64,000 bases of DNA, from contig OX597817.1 in the NCBI GenBank assembly GCA_951406725.2, positions 139,252,001 through 139,316,000 of the forward strand, in the 5' to 3' direction. The position numbers and the translations under genes are program-made. Positions 11,393 through 24,443 of the stretch are shown piece by piece. This DNA comes from Octopus vulgaris. Its lineage: Eukaryota. Within the stretch, counting starts at the first letter, position 1; the number at the start of each line of letters is the position of its first letter. The notes below the pieces were generated by a model, which was given only the letters and a program-made list of their open reading frames with translations, was not told the DNA's origin and made no database searches.

Positions 11393-11949
11393 AGGACCGG
11401 TGTCTATGGATGTGGAAGGGTGACCTGAAGATAGACAGAAGCACTCATATGCGCAGTTCAAGAACAAGCGTTAAAGACCAGTTATATGAAGTGCAGAATA
11501 GACAACACTACCGATAGAATGTGTGGTGAGAGGAGTGAAACGATATGGTACATCGTTAGCGAATGCCCGAAATTGGCACAACGCGAACACTAAAGACACC
11601 ATGACAATTTGGCAAGAATGATCCATTGGGAGCTCTGTGGAAATCACAGCCTACGAAGAGGAATTCTTAGAGGTTTGGATAATTCACCTCTGGAAACAAA
11701 GGTGTTTCGTTCAACATACGAAACAACCCTTATTCAGAGACCTTTTGAGCGGAATGGGCTATTCAACCTGGAGAAAATTCAAACTGGGCCCCACCAGTTC
11801 GTCTTGATATGAGATCACCACGTCGCGCACATATGACTGTGATGCATGTGCCTGGTGCACCCTTATCAGACAAGTAGTCATGATGGGTATATACTGGGCT
11901 TCGTATATTTGTACCCCAGTGTCACTTTGATGGCATGCATTGGTCTCTC

Positions 11950-12001
<52 letters not shown>

Positions 12002-12502
12002 GAGCAAAAAATTGGTACGACCACAAACCTGAAGGCATCGTCGAAAATGGAAACGCAAAGATCCTTTGGGATTTTATGAATCAGTGCGATCATGAGATAG
12101 AGAATAGGAAGCTGGACATAGTCTTAATTGAGAAAGAAAGCAAACTATGCTGGATCATAGATATAGCATGCCCAACTGACAACAAGGTATGCGACAAGGA
12201 AGAAAGAAAAGTCGAGAGATAGGACAGGTTAGCTTGGGAAGTTAAGCAGTTGTGGTCGATGAAAAAGTAGCAGTAGTACCGATAATTGTCGGAGCCCTGG
12301 GAACAGTGAGCAAAAATCTCGAGAAGGACGTGGAACAAATAGGGGCTGCAATAAGGGTGGAGCACTTGCAGAAAACAGCACTGCATGGAACTGCTCGAAT
12401 ACTCCGGAAGGTGCTCGAAAAATAAGAGGTGTTACCTTAGTTCACTTGTCGTGAACGGCTGACACTGTAATACATCTCTAGCGTTAGAAGCTGTGCAAAG
12501 GC
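11388..12502 (+). mobile_element. R4/Dong-type RLE LINE 3' fragment, interrupted by an insertion at ~11657-12000
   Basis: TEALICAVQEQAL, RMCGERSETIWYIVSECPKLA, IHWELC, KILWDF, IIDIACP, LQKTALHGTARILRKVL; (CAA/TAA)n tail. Confidence 0.85.
11657..12000 (+). mobile_element. ~300-bp non-coding retro-element with a (TAA)n tail; partial second copy at 14960-15150
   Basis: Splits LINE coding sequence between NHSLR and RAKNWY; homologous to 14985-15122. Confidence 0.7.
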
Positions 12503-12554
12503 AATAACAACAACAACAACAACAACAACAATAATAACAATAATAATAATAATG

Positions 12555-12589
<35 letters not shown>

Positions 12590-12590
<1 letters not shown>

Positions 12591-14518
12591 GAACAGCAAC
12601 GGACCATGATAAAACGATGGCAAGAAAAGCCCCTTCATGGTAAATACTGCACTAAACTAAATGCAAAAGAAATAGACAAAGAAAAATCCCAGCAATGGTT
12701 GAGAAGCTCAGGACTCAAAGCAGAGACAGAGGGATTTTTAATTGCAGCACAAGACCAAAGCCTTCCCACCAGAAATTACCAAAAACATGTAATGAAAAGA
12801 AATATAACAAGTAACTGTAGAATATGTGGAGATGGACAAGAAACAATAAATCATATTATCTCTGGCTGCCCAGTCCTGGCTAAGAAGGAATATATTCACA
12901 GACATGACAGAGTTGGAACCTACATACACTGGAAGCTATACCAACATTATGGAATAACAACAGAAAAAAGATGGTATAGGGACACACCAGAAAAGGTCAC
13001 AGAAAACGAGAAAGCAACCATACTCTGGGATATGCCAATACACACAGATAGAGAAATTAAGGCCAATAGGCCAGACATAGTTGTCAGAGATCACGAAGGA
13101 AAAAAATGCTTTCTAATTGATGTATCAATACCAGCAGATGAGCTCAATGCTGAAAACAAGATAATAGGTATTAACACTTTAGCTGTCCCAGTTATAAGTT
13201 ACAGCTACAATATCCTTAACTGGACACTAAATGAACTGACTAAAATAGATAGGAAAACAAGAAAAATAATGACAGGATCTAGGATGCATCACCCAAAATC
13301 TGACATAGAAAGACTATATATACAACGTATAGAAGGTGGTAGAGGCCTTATACAGCTGGAAAACTACTATAAAATAACCACCATAGGACTGCAAAAATAT
13401 CTACTTCAGAAGGAAGGAAAACTGATACAAATAGCGGCAAAACACGAGCAAAACAAAAAACTATTCTCAGTATTTAAGAAAGCTGACAAATACAAACAAG
13501 AAATCATACCACCTAACAAATATGAAGAAGAAGAAGAAGAAGAAGAAGAAGAAGAAGAAGAAGAAGAAGAAGAAGAAGAAGAAGAAGAAAAGCTATAAAA
13601 CAAATGAAATCCAAACTAAAACTAGAACAGCAAAGAACCATGATAAAACGATGGCAAGAAAAGCCCCTTCATGGTAAATACTGCACTAAACTAAATGCAA
13701 AAGAAATAGACAAAGAAAAATCCCAGCAATGGTTGAGAAGCTCAGGACTCAAAGCAGAGACAGAGGGATTTTTAATTGCAGCACAAGACCAAAGCCTTCC
13801 CACCAGAAATTACCAAAAACATGTAATGAAAAGAAATATAACAAGTAACTGCAGAATATGTGGAGATGGACAAGAAACAATAAATCATATTATCTCTGGC
13901 TGCCCAGTCCTGGCTAAGAAGGAATATATTCACAGACATGACAGAGTTGGAACCTACATACACTGGAAGCTATACCAACATTATGGAATAACAACAGAAA
14001 AAAGATGGTATAGGGACACACCAGAAAAGGTCACAGAAAACGAGAAAGCAACCATACTCTGGGATATGCCGATACACACAGATAGAGAAATTAAGGTTAA
14101 CAGACCAGACATAGTTGTCAGAGATCATGAAGAAAAAAATGATTTCTAATTGATGTATCAATACCAGCAGATGACAACGTTTCTCTAAAAGAAATGGAGA
14201 AACTTTCAAAATACAAAGACCTGGAAATAGAGGTAACCAGAATGTGGAATCTAAAAACAGAAACAATTCCTATCATAGTAGGTGCATTAGGCATGATAAA
14301 AAAATATTCAGACAAATACATAACAAAAACACCAGGACTTACAAACACATATAACATACAGAAAATTGCACTACTAGGCACTGCACACATCCTACGCAGA
14401 ACACTTTCCATACAATAACCATCAGAGCATCACAACAAATCACAGCACATACCCAAGGCACACAGAGCTAGTAGTGAAGTGAAAGCACACTATAAAAATA
14501 AAACTACTGAATAATAAC

Positions 14519-14590
<72 letters not shown>
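12590..14590 (+). mobile_element. R4/Dong-type RLE LINE 3' region with an internal ~550-bp duplication and a (GAA)n expansion
   Basis: CCHC CRICGDGQETINHIISGC; RPDIVV...IDVSIP..D RLE core; KLSKYKDL; 12590-13141 is near-identical to 13624-14174; (TAA)n on both sides. Confidence 0.92.
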
Positions 14591-14592
<2 letters not shown>

Positions 14593-14594
14593 TC

Positions 14595-14879
14595 AATATG
14601 AGCGGTATAGAAAAAATAGCAAAATACTAGGACGTAGCTATTGAATTGCAGAGACTATGGAAAATGCAAGTAAAATGTATCCCAGTAGTTATAGGTGCAT
14701 TGGGAACAAACCCTAAAGATGGACAGAGGTAATAGGCATAAAGCCCAGTTCAGTACAGCTGCAAAAAAAACAGTGTTATTGGGGACAGCCAGGATACTTA
14801 GGTGAGTTCTTAACATCTAAGGTTATTTGTAGACCGATGCTGGGAATTTTTTTTTCCAATAGTCTAATGTGCTGTGCGC

Positions 14880-14949
<70 letters not shown>

Positions 14950-14958
14950 TAATAATAA
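14595..14958 (+). mobile_element. Short 3' end of another RLE LINE with a (TAA)n tail
   Basis: EKIAKY*DVAIELQRLWKMQVKCIPVVIGALG...VLLGTARILR. Confidence 0.8.
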
Positions 14959-15809
14959 AGTGGGGGAGCATCATAGCCATGTGTTGAGAGGGATTCTTTG
15001 GGGTTTGAATAATTCACCTTTGGAAACATGGGTGTTTCGTTCAACATCCTTAAACAACCCTTATTCAGGGACCTTTTGAGTGGGATGGGTTACTCAACCT
15101 GAAGAAAATTCAAACTGGGCCGCACCTGCACGGTCATGTGCTGTTTATCTTGCAAGACATATAAAGAGTTAAGCAGTTTCGTTTCATTTTCTTAGAATAA
15201 TTCAAAGATCTTTTATAACCGAATAAGAAAACGTTAGCTTGAAGAAGGAAGTAAAATTGATAGATGTGACTCGGCTATTTTACTGATAGCTGTTATCAAA
15301 CGGTATGGAACTCATTTTGGAGAAGCCAACTCATCGTGTTCCCCCAATCACCCTAATCCCACAAGGCCCTAATTCCACAACCTTACGTGTACCCTCAGAC
15401 GGTCGTCTTCTCACATCTATAATGTTCTCATATTTATTTTTTTTTGGTGGTGTTCTTAGGTTGTGAAGTCATCTAATAATGACTCTGTTCAGAAGGCTGT
15501 AATATCATTTGATAAAGGAGCACGGTACAAGGAATTCATGGAGCAACTGCAACTTTAAATACCTTTACTCGAGGTCTCAAATATACACAAATTGAATGAT
15601 AATGGAAAGAGTTTGACGAAAGGACCATGTTCGTCTTCTGCATAACCTCATGTGCTCGCTGCCGCGGGTGTGCAAGAAATAGTTAGGTCATATCCTTGCT
15701 CTCCGGCGTCTCGATGCGAAAAGAGGAAGTGCCAGGGCTTAGTGTCCGAATCTTAGTGCTGCTTGCAAAATAGTTGGCAAAATAGTTACCATTCAAGTAC
15801 CGCGGTGAA

Positions 15810-16050
15810 GGTTCATGGTCTCGTGGTTAGGGTGTTGCACTCACGACCGCTAGACCGTGGTTTCGATTCGCGGACAGAGCAGCACGTTGTTTCCTAGAGC
15901 AAAACACTTCATTTCACGTTTTTCGAGTCCCCTCAGTTGGAAAACATGTATAACCCCGTGACGGGATGGCATCCCGTCCCGGGGTTGGGGGCGATCGCAC
16001 TAAAAACCAGGTAACTGCCCCTATGAGTCCCAGAACGCGAGACAGTGTTT
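15810..16050 (+). mobile_element. Old tRNA-derived SINE (family E); relative at 44840-45130
   Basis: TGGTCTCGTGGTTAGGGTGTTGCACTCAC...GGTTTCGATTC head. Confidence 0.6.
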
Positions 16051-16729
16051 ACATGTCCTGGCTTCGAAAGAAGTGACTCTTCCCTCTCCTATCTCCACCC
16101 CACCACCAAACGTGTGGCGTAGCACCAATATGAGAGGAGATGGAAAGAAAGGGAAAATGGAATTCTGTAAGGATTGAGGGTCATGGAGGGGCGGGGGCGG
16201 AGACTAAATTGTGCATGTCCCATTAAATCAGCCGCTTTTGACGTGTTCCATTATTTACTACGATCGTGCAGATCGATGTTTCTATGGAGTTTTGTCTTCA
16301 ATTAAATGGCAAAGAAATCAACTGACTGCAGGCATCAGACATTAAAACCATAATGAAACATAAGGGTGGAGAGATGGGTGAGCGGGTGGATGGGAGGGAG
16401 GGATAATGTTAAGACAAAAAGATCATTCTGATCTCTCCCAGACTCACGACAATGACTGAAGAGGAAATGAAAGAGAAGTGATAAGGTGGAGGAGATGGCG
16501 GCGGTGGTGGTGGTGGGCGTGGTGGGAGCGGCGGCAGTGGCGGCAGCGGTGGCGGGGGTGGAAAAGGTGGGTGTGGGGAAGCTGGAAAGGGACAGAAGGA
16601 AAAAAAGATAACAATAAAAAGAAAATAGAAAAATGTTAAAGGAAATTGTATTAAGGAAATGAGAAGAGAGGAGAAAGGGGGGGAAACTGCAGGAAACGGA
16701 AACTATAAAACACACACACACACCTTTTT

Positions 16730-16990
16730 ATCTTTTTGGACTGCGGCCATGCTGGGGCACGTCTTGAATTTTTTTTCACTCGAATGAATCAACCCCAGTA
16801 TTTATTTTTTTTTCTTATAAGTTTAGTACTTTCGCTGAACTGCATGAAAAGTTACGGGGACGTAAACACACCAACACCGGTTGTTAAGTGATGGGTGGGG
16901 CAAACATTGACACACGCGCATATATACACGACGGACTTCTTTGAGTTTCCTTTTACCAAATCCACTCATAAGGCTTTGGCAGTTTAGGCA
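16730..16990 (-). mobile_element. SINE family C, degenerate
   Basis: GACTGCGGCCATGCTGG...ACCAAATCCACTCA similarity to 18620-19000. Confidence 0.7.
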
Positions 16991-17183
16991 GTTTGTAATC
17001 TTCGAGTGGTGAGCATCAAAAACAATGCCCTGGAACAATCAAAAACAACGTCTTCGGCCTGGTGAGTATCGAGCTGAACACCCCTCGCTCGTTGAGTAAC
17101 ATCAAAGGATCTGCTAGCTAGGAAACATATGTAGCCTGGATTTTACTTGCTCCACTCCCTCAATTTGGATATGTATATATATA

Positions 17184-17551
17184 TCTATAATATAAATTGG
17201 ACATGGGCGATCGTCGTATTCTTTCTTGTCTTGAGGTTCACAGCCAAACGGCAGGGTGGATTCGCATGAAAAATGGCACACATGTGGTGACAGGTGCATA
17301 CATTGTGCTGCGGTTTGTATTTTTTCCCTAGCCCCCATACTTACCGAGAAAATCGATTAAAACTGTTTCTAATGGATTTCCCGTTTGTTCCGCCATTAAA
17401 ACAACCAGTTGCTCACACAGCTGGGATATACCATTTCGCTAGCAACAAGGGGAGTACAGGATGACAGTCAGCCAAAAATTTCGCTATGCTGTCACTCTTT
17501 TTCTCTCTCACATACACACGCGCAAGCACCACGCCCGCACACACATACGCA

Positions 17552-17610
<59 letters not shown>

Positions 17611-17862
17611 ACACATGTCCATTTCATATATCTTTCAATTTCTGTTCTCTTCAAAAAAAAATTTTAAGGACACACTGTTTACAAAAATAGGGATTAATGT
17701 ATAATTTCTTTCTACGTTCATAATTAAATCAATGTTTTAATTATTACACAGAGGTCCAATACAATAGTTCTCAGAAACAGACTACGTACAAATGCGTCAA
17801 TCATCACAACACACACCTTCACATCATCCAAACAGACCGGGTGAAACCGGGCTCAGCTGCTA

Positions 17863-17863
<1 letters not shown>
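17184..17863 (+). mobile_element. Non-autonomous Helitron
   Basis: 5' TC(TATAATATAAA), 3' hairpin CCGG gtgaaa CCGG followed by CTAG, inserted between A and T. Confidence 0.7.
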
Positions 17864-17919
<56 letters not shown>

Positions 17920-18082
17920 TATACATACATACATACATATATATACATACATACATATATATATAATTGGTAAAGAAAACTGAAATAAGCAGAAATGAAT
18001 GATGTCAAATAATAATAATAAGTCTTAATTAGTTACAATAAGTTCCCCAGAGTTCCCTCTCTCTCTCTCTCTCTCTCTCTCT

Positions 18083-18116
<34 letters not shown>

Positions 18117-18619
18117 CACGCATACACACACACACATATTATTCAAGTGTCGAGTGATTGATTTATATCTGCTGTCAAAATATATTTAATAAAGTGACTG
18201 GATTGAATAGATTGAAGGCAAAAAAAAAACCCCGTTAGATGACAAAATATCGTCAAGTGACGGACATGTTAATGACGCGCGCATATATTGCAATTTCCTT
18301 TTATCATTTTATCACTTTAATCCATCAAACTGATGAACACCTCATTTCATTCCCATTTACTGACAGCAATTACACACTTACATTTCTTATAACACGTTTA
18401 GGAAGCACTTAAAGTTTTTTTTACTAGTCTTGAAAGCCTCATACCTTCTCTGTGATCTGACTCATTCTTTGTCTTGTTTTACACATTCTTACAAGTTAGT
18501 TCCTCAATCTCTGTCTCTGTCTCTCACTCTCACTCTCTCTCTCTCTCTCTCTCTCTTCCTCTTTCGTTATTCTGTCTTATGTATGTGTATGTGTATATAT
18601 ATATATATATATATATACT

Positions 18620-19001
18620 CTTTACTCTCTTTTACTTGTTTCAGTCATTTGACTGCGGCCATGCTGGAGCACCACCTTTAGTCGAGCAAATCGACCCCGG
18701 GACTTATTCTTTGTAAGCCCAGTACTTATTCTATCGGTCTCTTTTGCCGAACCTCTAAGTGACGGGGACGTAAACACACCAGCATCGATTGTCAAGCAAT
18801 GCTAGGGGGACAAACACAGACACACAAACACACATATACCTATATATATATATACACATATATACGACAGGCTTCTTTCAGTTTCCGTCTACCAAATCCA
18901 CTCACAAGGCATTGGTCGGCCCGGGGCTATAGCAGAAGACACTGAACCCGGAACCATGTGGTTGGTTAGCAAGCTACTTACCACACAGCCACTCCTGCGC
19001 C
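18620..19001 (-). mobile_element. SINE family C
   Basis: Head GGCGCAGGAGTGGCTGTGTGGTAAGTAGCTTGCT (rc); homologous to 35125-35500 and 38830-39040. Confidence 0.85.
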
Positions 19002-19088
19002 TATATATATATTTAAATTTTATTTGTTAGGGAATAAAAATCCCGGCATAACAGGGGTTCAAATTATTCTCAATGAAGAAATATATAT

Positions 19089-19268
19089 TTTAATTTAGAG
19101 GTAGTAGGCCCCTTCATCTCACCATATAAAAAATAATTTTTATTTTAAATACCTACTATTTTATAAGTTGGCAAGTTATAAAGGGCAAATTATAAAATAG
19201 TAGGTATTTAAAATAAAAAATTCTTTTTAATATGGTGAGATGAAGGGGCCTACTATCTCTAAATGAAT
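19089..19268. repeat. Inverted repeat (~75-bp arms), probably an inverted pLTR-type remnant
   Basis: TAGTAGGCCCCTTCATCTCACCATAT...ATATGGTGAGATGAAGGGGCCTACTA. Confidence 0.75.
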
Positions 19269-20124
19269 ATATACATACATACATACATACATACATACAT
19301 ACATACATACATACATACATACTTACATATAAGAGACCATAGTGTACGTACGCCGCCATATATATATATAAAGGAATACAAAAAATGGGGCAAGAACGCA
19401 AAACATCCGGACAGATGATACAAAAACGGGACATACACACACATATAAACATGCATACGCACATAAATCCACTCACTAGCGTAGCTAGAGTGTGTGCCGT
19501 CCGGGATGGCCCTTATGTTTGCCACCTCTGAACCCCACAAAAAACACATATAGCCTACAGCAGACCCAAAATGCCCCCCCCTTACCGCTAGTGCATGCAC
19601 TGAAGCACAAGTACATGTACGTAATTGTATGTATGCACAGGTATATAAGCATGTGTGTGCTTACAGGTACACGCACACAAACAGGCATAGAATTATCTGC
19701 TCTTCAGTTTTATAATTTCAATCAATAATAATTAAAAAATAATATTTAAATGAAACGAAAAGAGAAGGGAAAAGAAAAAGAAAAAAAAAAAAAAGAGAAA
19801 TAAGCAACGAATGAAAAGAAGACGGGGAGAGCGGACAAAATGGCTAAGCCATTGCCAGGGGATGTCTTTCTGACAAGATAGAGTAAAAAGAATAAGGCCA
19901 GAATGAAGGAGAGACATATAGAAGAACAAATAGACACTGAAGAGGTCACAGAATGTGTGACGAAAGAACTTTGACAAAATAATAACGAATTATAATAAAA
20001 CTGATGCATTTCGTATTTCTTGAGACTTCTCAATGCTATCAACCCAGAGATTTTTTTCTACTGCCTGGCATGCTTCTATAATACCAGTGAATTCTTTATT
20101 CATTATATTCTACATATATTCTTT

Positions 20125-20333
20125 TCTACTCTAGGCACAAGGCCTGAAATTTGTGGGGAGAGGGGCAGTAAATTAGATCGTCTCCAATATGCAACTGGTA
20201 CTTAATTTATCGACCCTGAAAAGATAAAAGGCAAAGTCGACCTCGGCGGAATTTGAACTCAGAACATAAAGACAGATGAAATACCACTAAGCATTTCGCC
20301 CAGTGTGCTAACGTTTCTGCCAGCTCGCCACCT
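20125..20333 (-). mobile_element. SINE family B (same head/core as family A, different tail); others at 43530-43717, 57005-57170, 58290-58500
   Basis: Core GTCGACCTCGGCGGAATTTGAACTCAG with GGCACAAGGCC tail. Confidence 0.85.
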
Positions 20334-20890
20334 TGGATGTTTCACGAGTTTTGTGGAAAGCGCTGTTGGATGGAATGCCTTTCTTTAAATTTTTTTTCCT
20401 TCGTTTTAAGTCAACTGTTTAAATTTCACTGGAGTTTTGTTACACCGTCCCTAGTTGACATAGGGTGATGAAACAACTGCTAGCAGAATATATCCTACGT
20501 ATATTGAAGCGCGAATTTCATTTAAGCAGATGACAATGGAGTACACAGCATTGACGAGAATCAAGAAAAGCAAAAATGCCTCTGTTGCTCTCATGATTCA
20601 ATGCAACAATGATGTTTGTCTTGCTTGGATATATGTTGTGCTTTTAGCAATGAAAGTTTACGAAGGGATTTTATCTCAGACAATCTTAGCGGAGTATATA
20701 TATTTAATATGATACACGAGTGGTGACATATGTACCATACACACACTCACACGCGCGCGTGCATACATACATACATACATACATACATACATACATACAT
20801 ACATACATACATACATACATACATACATACATACATACATACGTACATACAAACATACGCACATACATACGCACATACATACATACATAC

Positions 20891-20921
<31 letters not shown>

Positions 20922-21259
20922 CATACATACATACATACATACATACATACATACATACATACGACAGGGAAACTGACCAGCTGGTTCGTACATTACAAGT
21001 CCAATCTGCGAATGGAACAGTAAAAATATGCAAGACTTTTCTCAAGTTCTAAATGTAAATTTGTCTGTGTTAACTACATCCCAAAGATGGAGCCTTGTAT
21101 CTTTGTTGGAAACCGACTCCCTCCTCAGTGGAAGATTTATAATAATTAAAAAATAGAAGAGACATACATACATACATACATACATACATACATACATACA
21201 TACATACATACATTGATAGCGAGTGCGTCAGGGAAGTGGGTTGTGGCCGCTGCTGTTTG

Positions 21260-22340
21260 CGATAGCCTCTCTCGGATATACCATCCGTCATACAGGCAGC
21301 CACTCTTACTGGCAATGCGGACTATACAAATGTAGCAGAAGTAGTGAAGGATCCTCTTCGGACTGAAGAAAATAAGATGCAACTTAATGCAAAAAGATTC
21401 CAAGCCCTTCGCTTTCAGCTTGTGCTAACAAGGATAGTTTGGACCAAAAAAGAGCGGCAATCCCAGAGTCAAGTCCAGGGCGTGACCTGGCGATTCATAT
21501 GAGCAACGATGCTTTGTTTCATGTACATATCACCATGATGGTGGAAGTGTGCAGGCGAATGGTCGGATGGATTCTGAGAACTTCCAGAACAAGGGACTCG
21601 GAAATCATGCTGGTTGGTTCTATGAAAGACATTTGTCCATGGCTGTCTGGGCTACTTACTGATCACAATTATTGTCACGTCATTGTGCCAAATTAATAGC
21701 AGAACTTGAGGCAGTTCAGCGGTACTAAACTATGTAGACTACCTTAATGAAACACTTGAGCTGCTGGGAAAGACAGGAAAAGCTACGACTCTCCTCTCTG
21801 AAGCGAAGACGGAAAATATATGCGATAATATACATATGGAAGATCGTAGAGGATAGGCACCAAAGTTTAGCCTCACGAGTTATACTTGCTCTCGAACACT
21901 GCGCTGTTCTAAGAGCGCCACCCATCCCGTTCAGTGTAAGGATGACGTACAGCAATAGCTTGGGATACAAAGGCTCACAGCCATTTAATATCTTGCCAAA
22001 AAACTCAGAGATTTACATGGTGTGTGGGTAGTCATTTTCAAGAAATACCTATTTCTTTACTACCCACTAGGGGCTAAACATAGAGATGACAAACAAGGAC
22101 AGACAAACGGATTAAGTCGATTATATCGACCCCAGTGCGTAACTGGTACTTATTTAATCGACCCCGTAAGGATGAAAGGCAAAGTCGACCACGGCGGAAT
22201 TTGAACTCAGAACGTAACGGCAGACGAAATACTGCTAAGCATTTGATCTTTTGTTGTCCAAGATCCCAGATGGACCTACATCATAACAAGAAACTCAAAA
22301 AAGGGCAGCAATAACAAACTTCCTCCTTCGCCGAATGCCA
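21260..22340 (+). mobile_element. Degenerate CR1/L2-group LINE RT/3' remnant interrupted by SINE A (22049-22240)
   Basis: EENKMQLNAKRF, RDLAIHMSND, RRMVGWILRT, SLKRRRKIYAIIYIWKI; related to 59636-61250; fragment duplicated at 23876-23990. Confidence 0.75.
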
Positions 22341-22541
22341 ACCCCATGAGAATGGTCATTGAGAAGGTGATGATACAGGTTGTGATCCAGTATGGCCACA
22401 GTCACTGGATTGAAAAGCACAAAAGAAGATAGAGAGAGAGAGGGAGGAGAGATGTTATTAATTGGTTGCGGGATCCGATAGAGTCAAAGAATTTTAATAA
22501 TAAGGACAGCAAGATAGAGAAGAGCCTATCTGTGGGTTAAC

Positions 22542-22596
<55 letters not shown>

Positions 22597-22748
22597 GAAA
22601 GAGAAATAAAGAATATCTGGAATGCAGGAGAGTTTCTGTGAAAACAGCTTCAGAAAATACTATACGCGGAAACAAGTGGCCAGCCACTACTACAGAAAAT
22701 CGAACTCTGTATCTCTCTCTTGCTCGCTCGCTCCCTCTCTATCTCTCA

Positions 22749-22821
<73 letters not shown>

Positions 22822-22823
<2 letters not shown>

Positions 22824-23005
22824 CCATGATAGATCGTTAGCCACTACACATTCTTTATTTTCTCTCCTTGTTTCTTTCTGTGTTCCTTTCTGTGGAAGAG
22901 CGTAGGCTCGAAAAGTTAAAGACTTCTTCACTTCCCGAGCATTAAACTAATACATCTGTTTGTCTTCGTCTTCTGTTGTTTTTTTTTTTTGTGATTATCC
23001 CCTTA
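22822..23005 (+). mobile_element. PLE pLTR family 1 copy with a degenerate hammerhead (22886-22921)
   Basis: CCATGATAGATCGTTAGCCACTAC...CTGTGGAAGAGCGTAGGCTCGAAA; adjacent to (TA)n. Confidence 0.75.
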
Positions 23006-23027
23006 TACACACACACACACACTCACA

Positions 23028-23074
<47 letters not shown>

Positions 23075-23234
23075 CACGGTATCAATCGAATGCTGTTATG
23101 CTTTAGTGATCACACAATGCGCTTCGCATTGCTTTCGCTTCTGGATGGTGCCGTTACCGCCGTAGGAAAATCGCTGACCAATACCAGCATCTCTGGAGTG
23201 TTTGATTATACACACAGACTCACAAACACACTCA

Positions 23235-23330
<96 letters not shown>

Positions 23331-24059
23331 CATGCATTTGAACAATAAATGATAAATGATATCATTGACATTTCAAAAATTAATTTTTTGCTGCCATTTC
23401 AATGCATTACACGTATTATCACAATTAAATAATTAATTAACAATATAATTATATACGGTGTGAGAATACCTTGTAGATTCATTAAACAATCTAGGCAAGA
23501 TAATCCAACAATATTTTTCTTGTTTTGTTTTCATTCACAAGAATCACTTCATTTATTCTGCGTGAACTTCTCACCTGCGTCGTTTAAAAGCTTTTGTAAA
23601 CACTTCTCTCATTTACACACATCACAATGCTTCCGCAAACTACAACAGCTTTATACACACACACACACACACACACACGCACGCGCGCGCGCTATGTATA
23701 TATTAATAGAATGAAAGGCTACCCAGGCAAGCAACAGGTATTGAGTCAGATTTATATTAATACAACGAATGTTCATAATAGATGAACTTACAATTTTAAA
23801 ATTTGAGAATCCTTCAGTTTTACCTATGTGACGACTTGGTTCTACCTACCAAACCATGTCATTTCAAAACTATGGACTTGAGGCAGTTCAGCGGTGCTAA
23901 ACTATGAAGGCTGTCTCAATGAAACACTTGAGCTGCTGGGAAAGACAGGAAAAGCTACAACTCTCCTCCCTGAAGCAAAGACGGAAAATATAAAGCCAGG
24001 AACTTTTCAGTCCCAGCCCCTCGTATATATGTTATGTATGTGTTTATGTGAGTGAGTAT

Positions 24060-24443
24060 GGAAGCACTCCGTCGGTTACGACGACGAGGGTTCCGGTTGA
24101 TCCGAATCAACGGAACAGCCTGCTCGTGAAATTAACGTGTAAGTGGCTGAGCACTCCACAGACATGTGTACCCTTAACGTAGGTCTCGGAGATATTCAGC
24201 GTGACACAGAGAGTGACAAGGCCGGCCCTTTGAAATACAGGTACAACAGAAACAGGAAGTAAGAGTGAGAGAAAGTTGTGGTGAAAGAGTACAGCAGGGA
24301 TCACCACCATCCCCTGCCGGAGCCTCGTGGAGCTTTAGGTGTCTTCGCTCAATAAACACTCACAACGCCCGGTCTGGGAATCGAAACCGCGATCCTATGA
24401 CCGCGAGTCCGCTGCCCTAACCACTGGGCCATTGCGCCTCCAC
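24060..24443 (-). mobile_element. tRNA-derived SINE family D
   Basis: Head GGCGCAATGGCCCAGTGGTTAGGGCAGCGG...GGTTTCGATTCCC; 15-bp TSD TATGTGAGTGAGTAT. Confidence 0.9.

Noticed and set aside
15563-15650. Possible internal exon ending at minus-strand AG|GTATTT
   Set aside because: In-frame stop upstream and no good acceptor.
20451-20594. Minus-strand 47-aa ORF with a signal-peptide-like start (MRATEAFLLFLILVNAVYS...)
   Set aside because: Only a weak phase-0 donor (GTAGGA), incompatible with the phase-1 acceptor at 5812; the 27824 exon fits much better. An alternative exon cannot be fully excluded.
24350-24443. SINE heads as functional tRNA genes
   Set aside because: A/B boxes are present but there is no complete cloverleaf; they continue into SINE bodies with TSDs.
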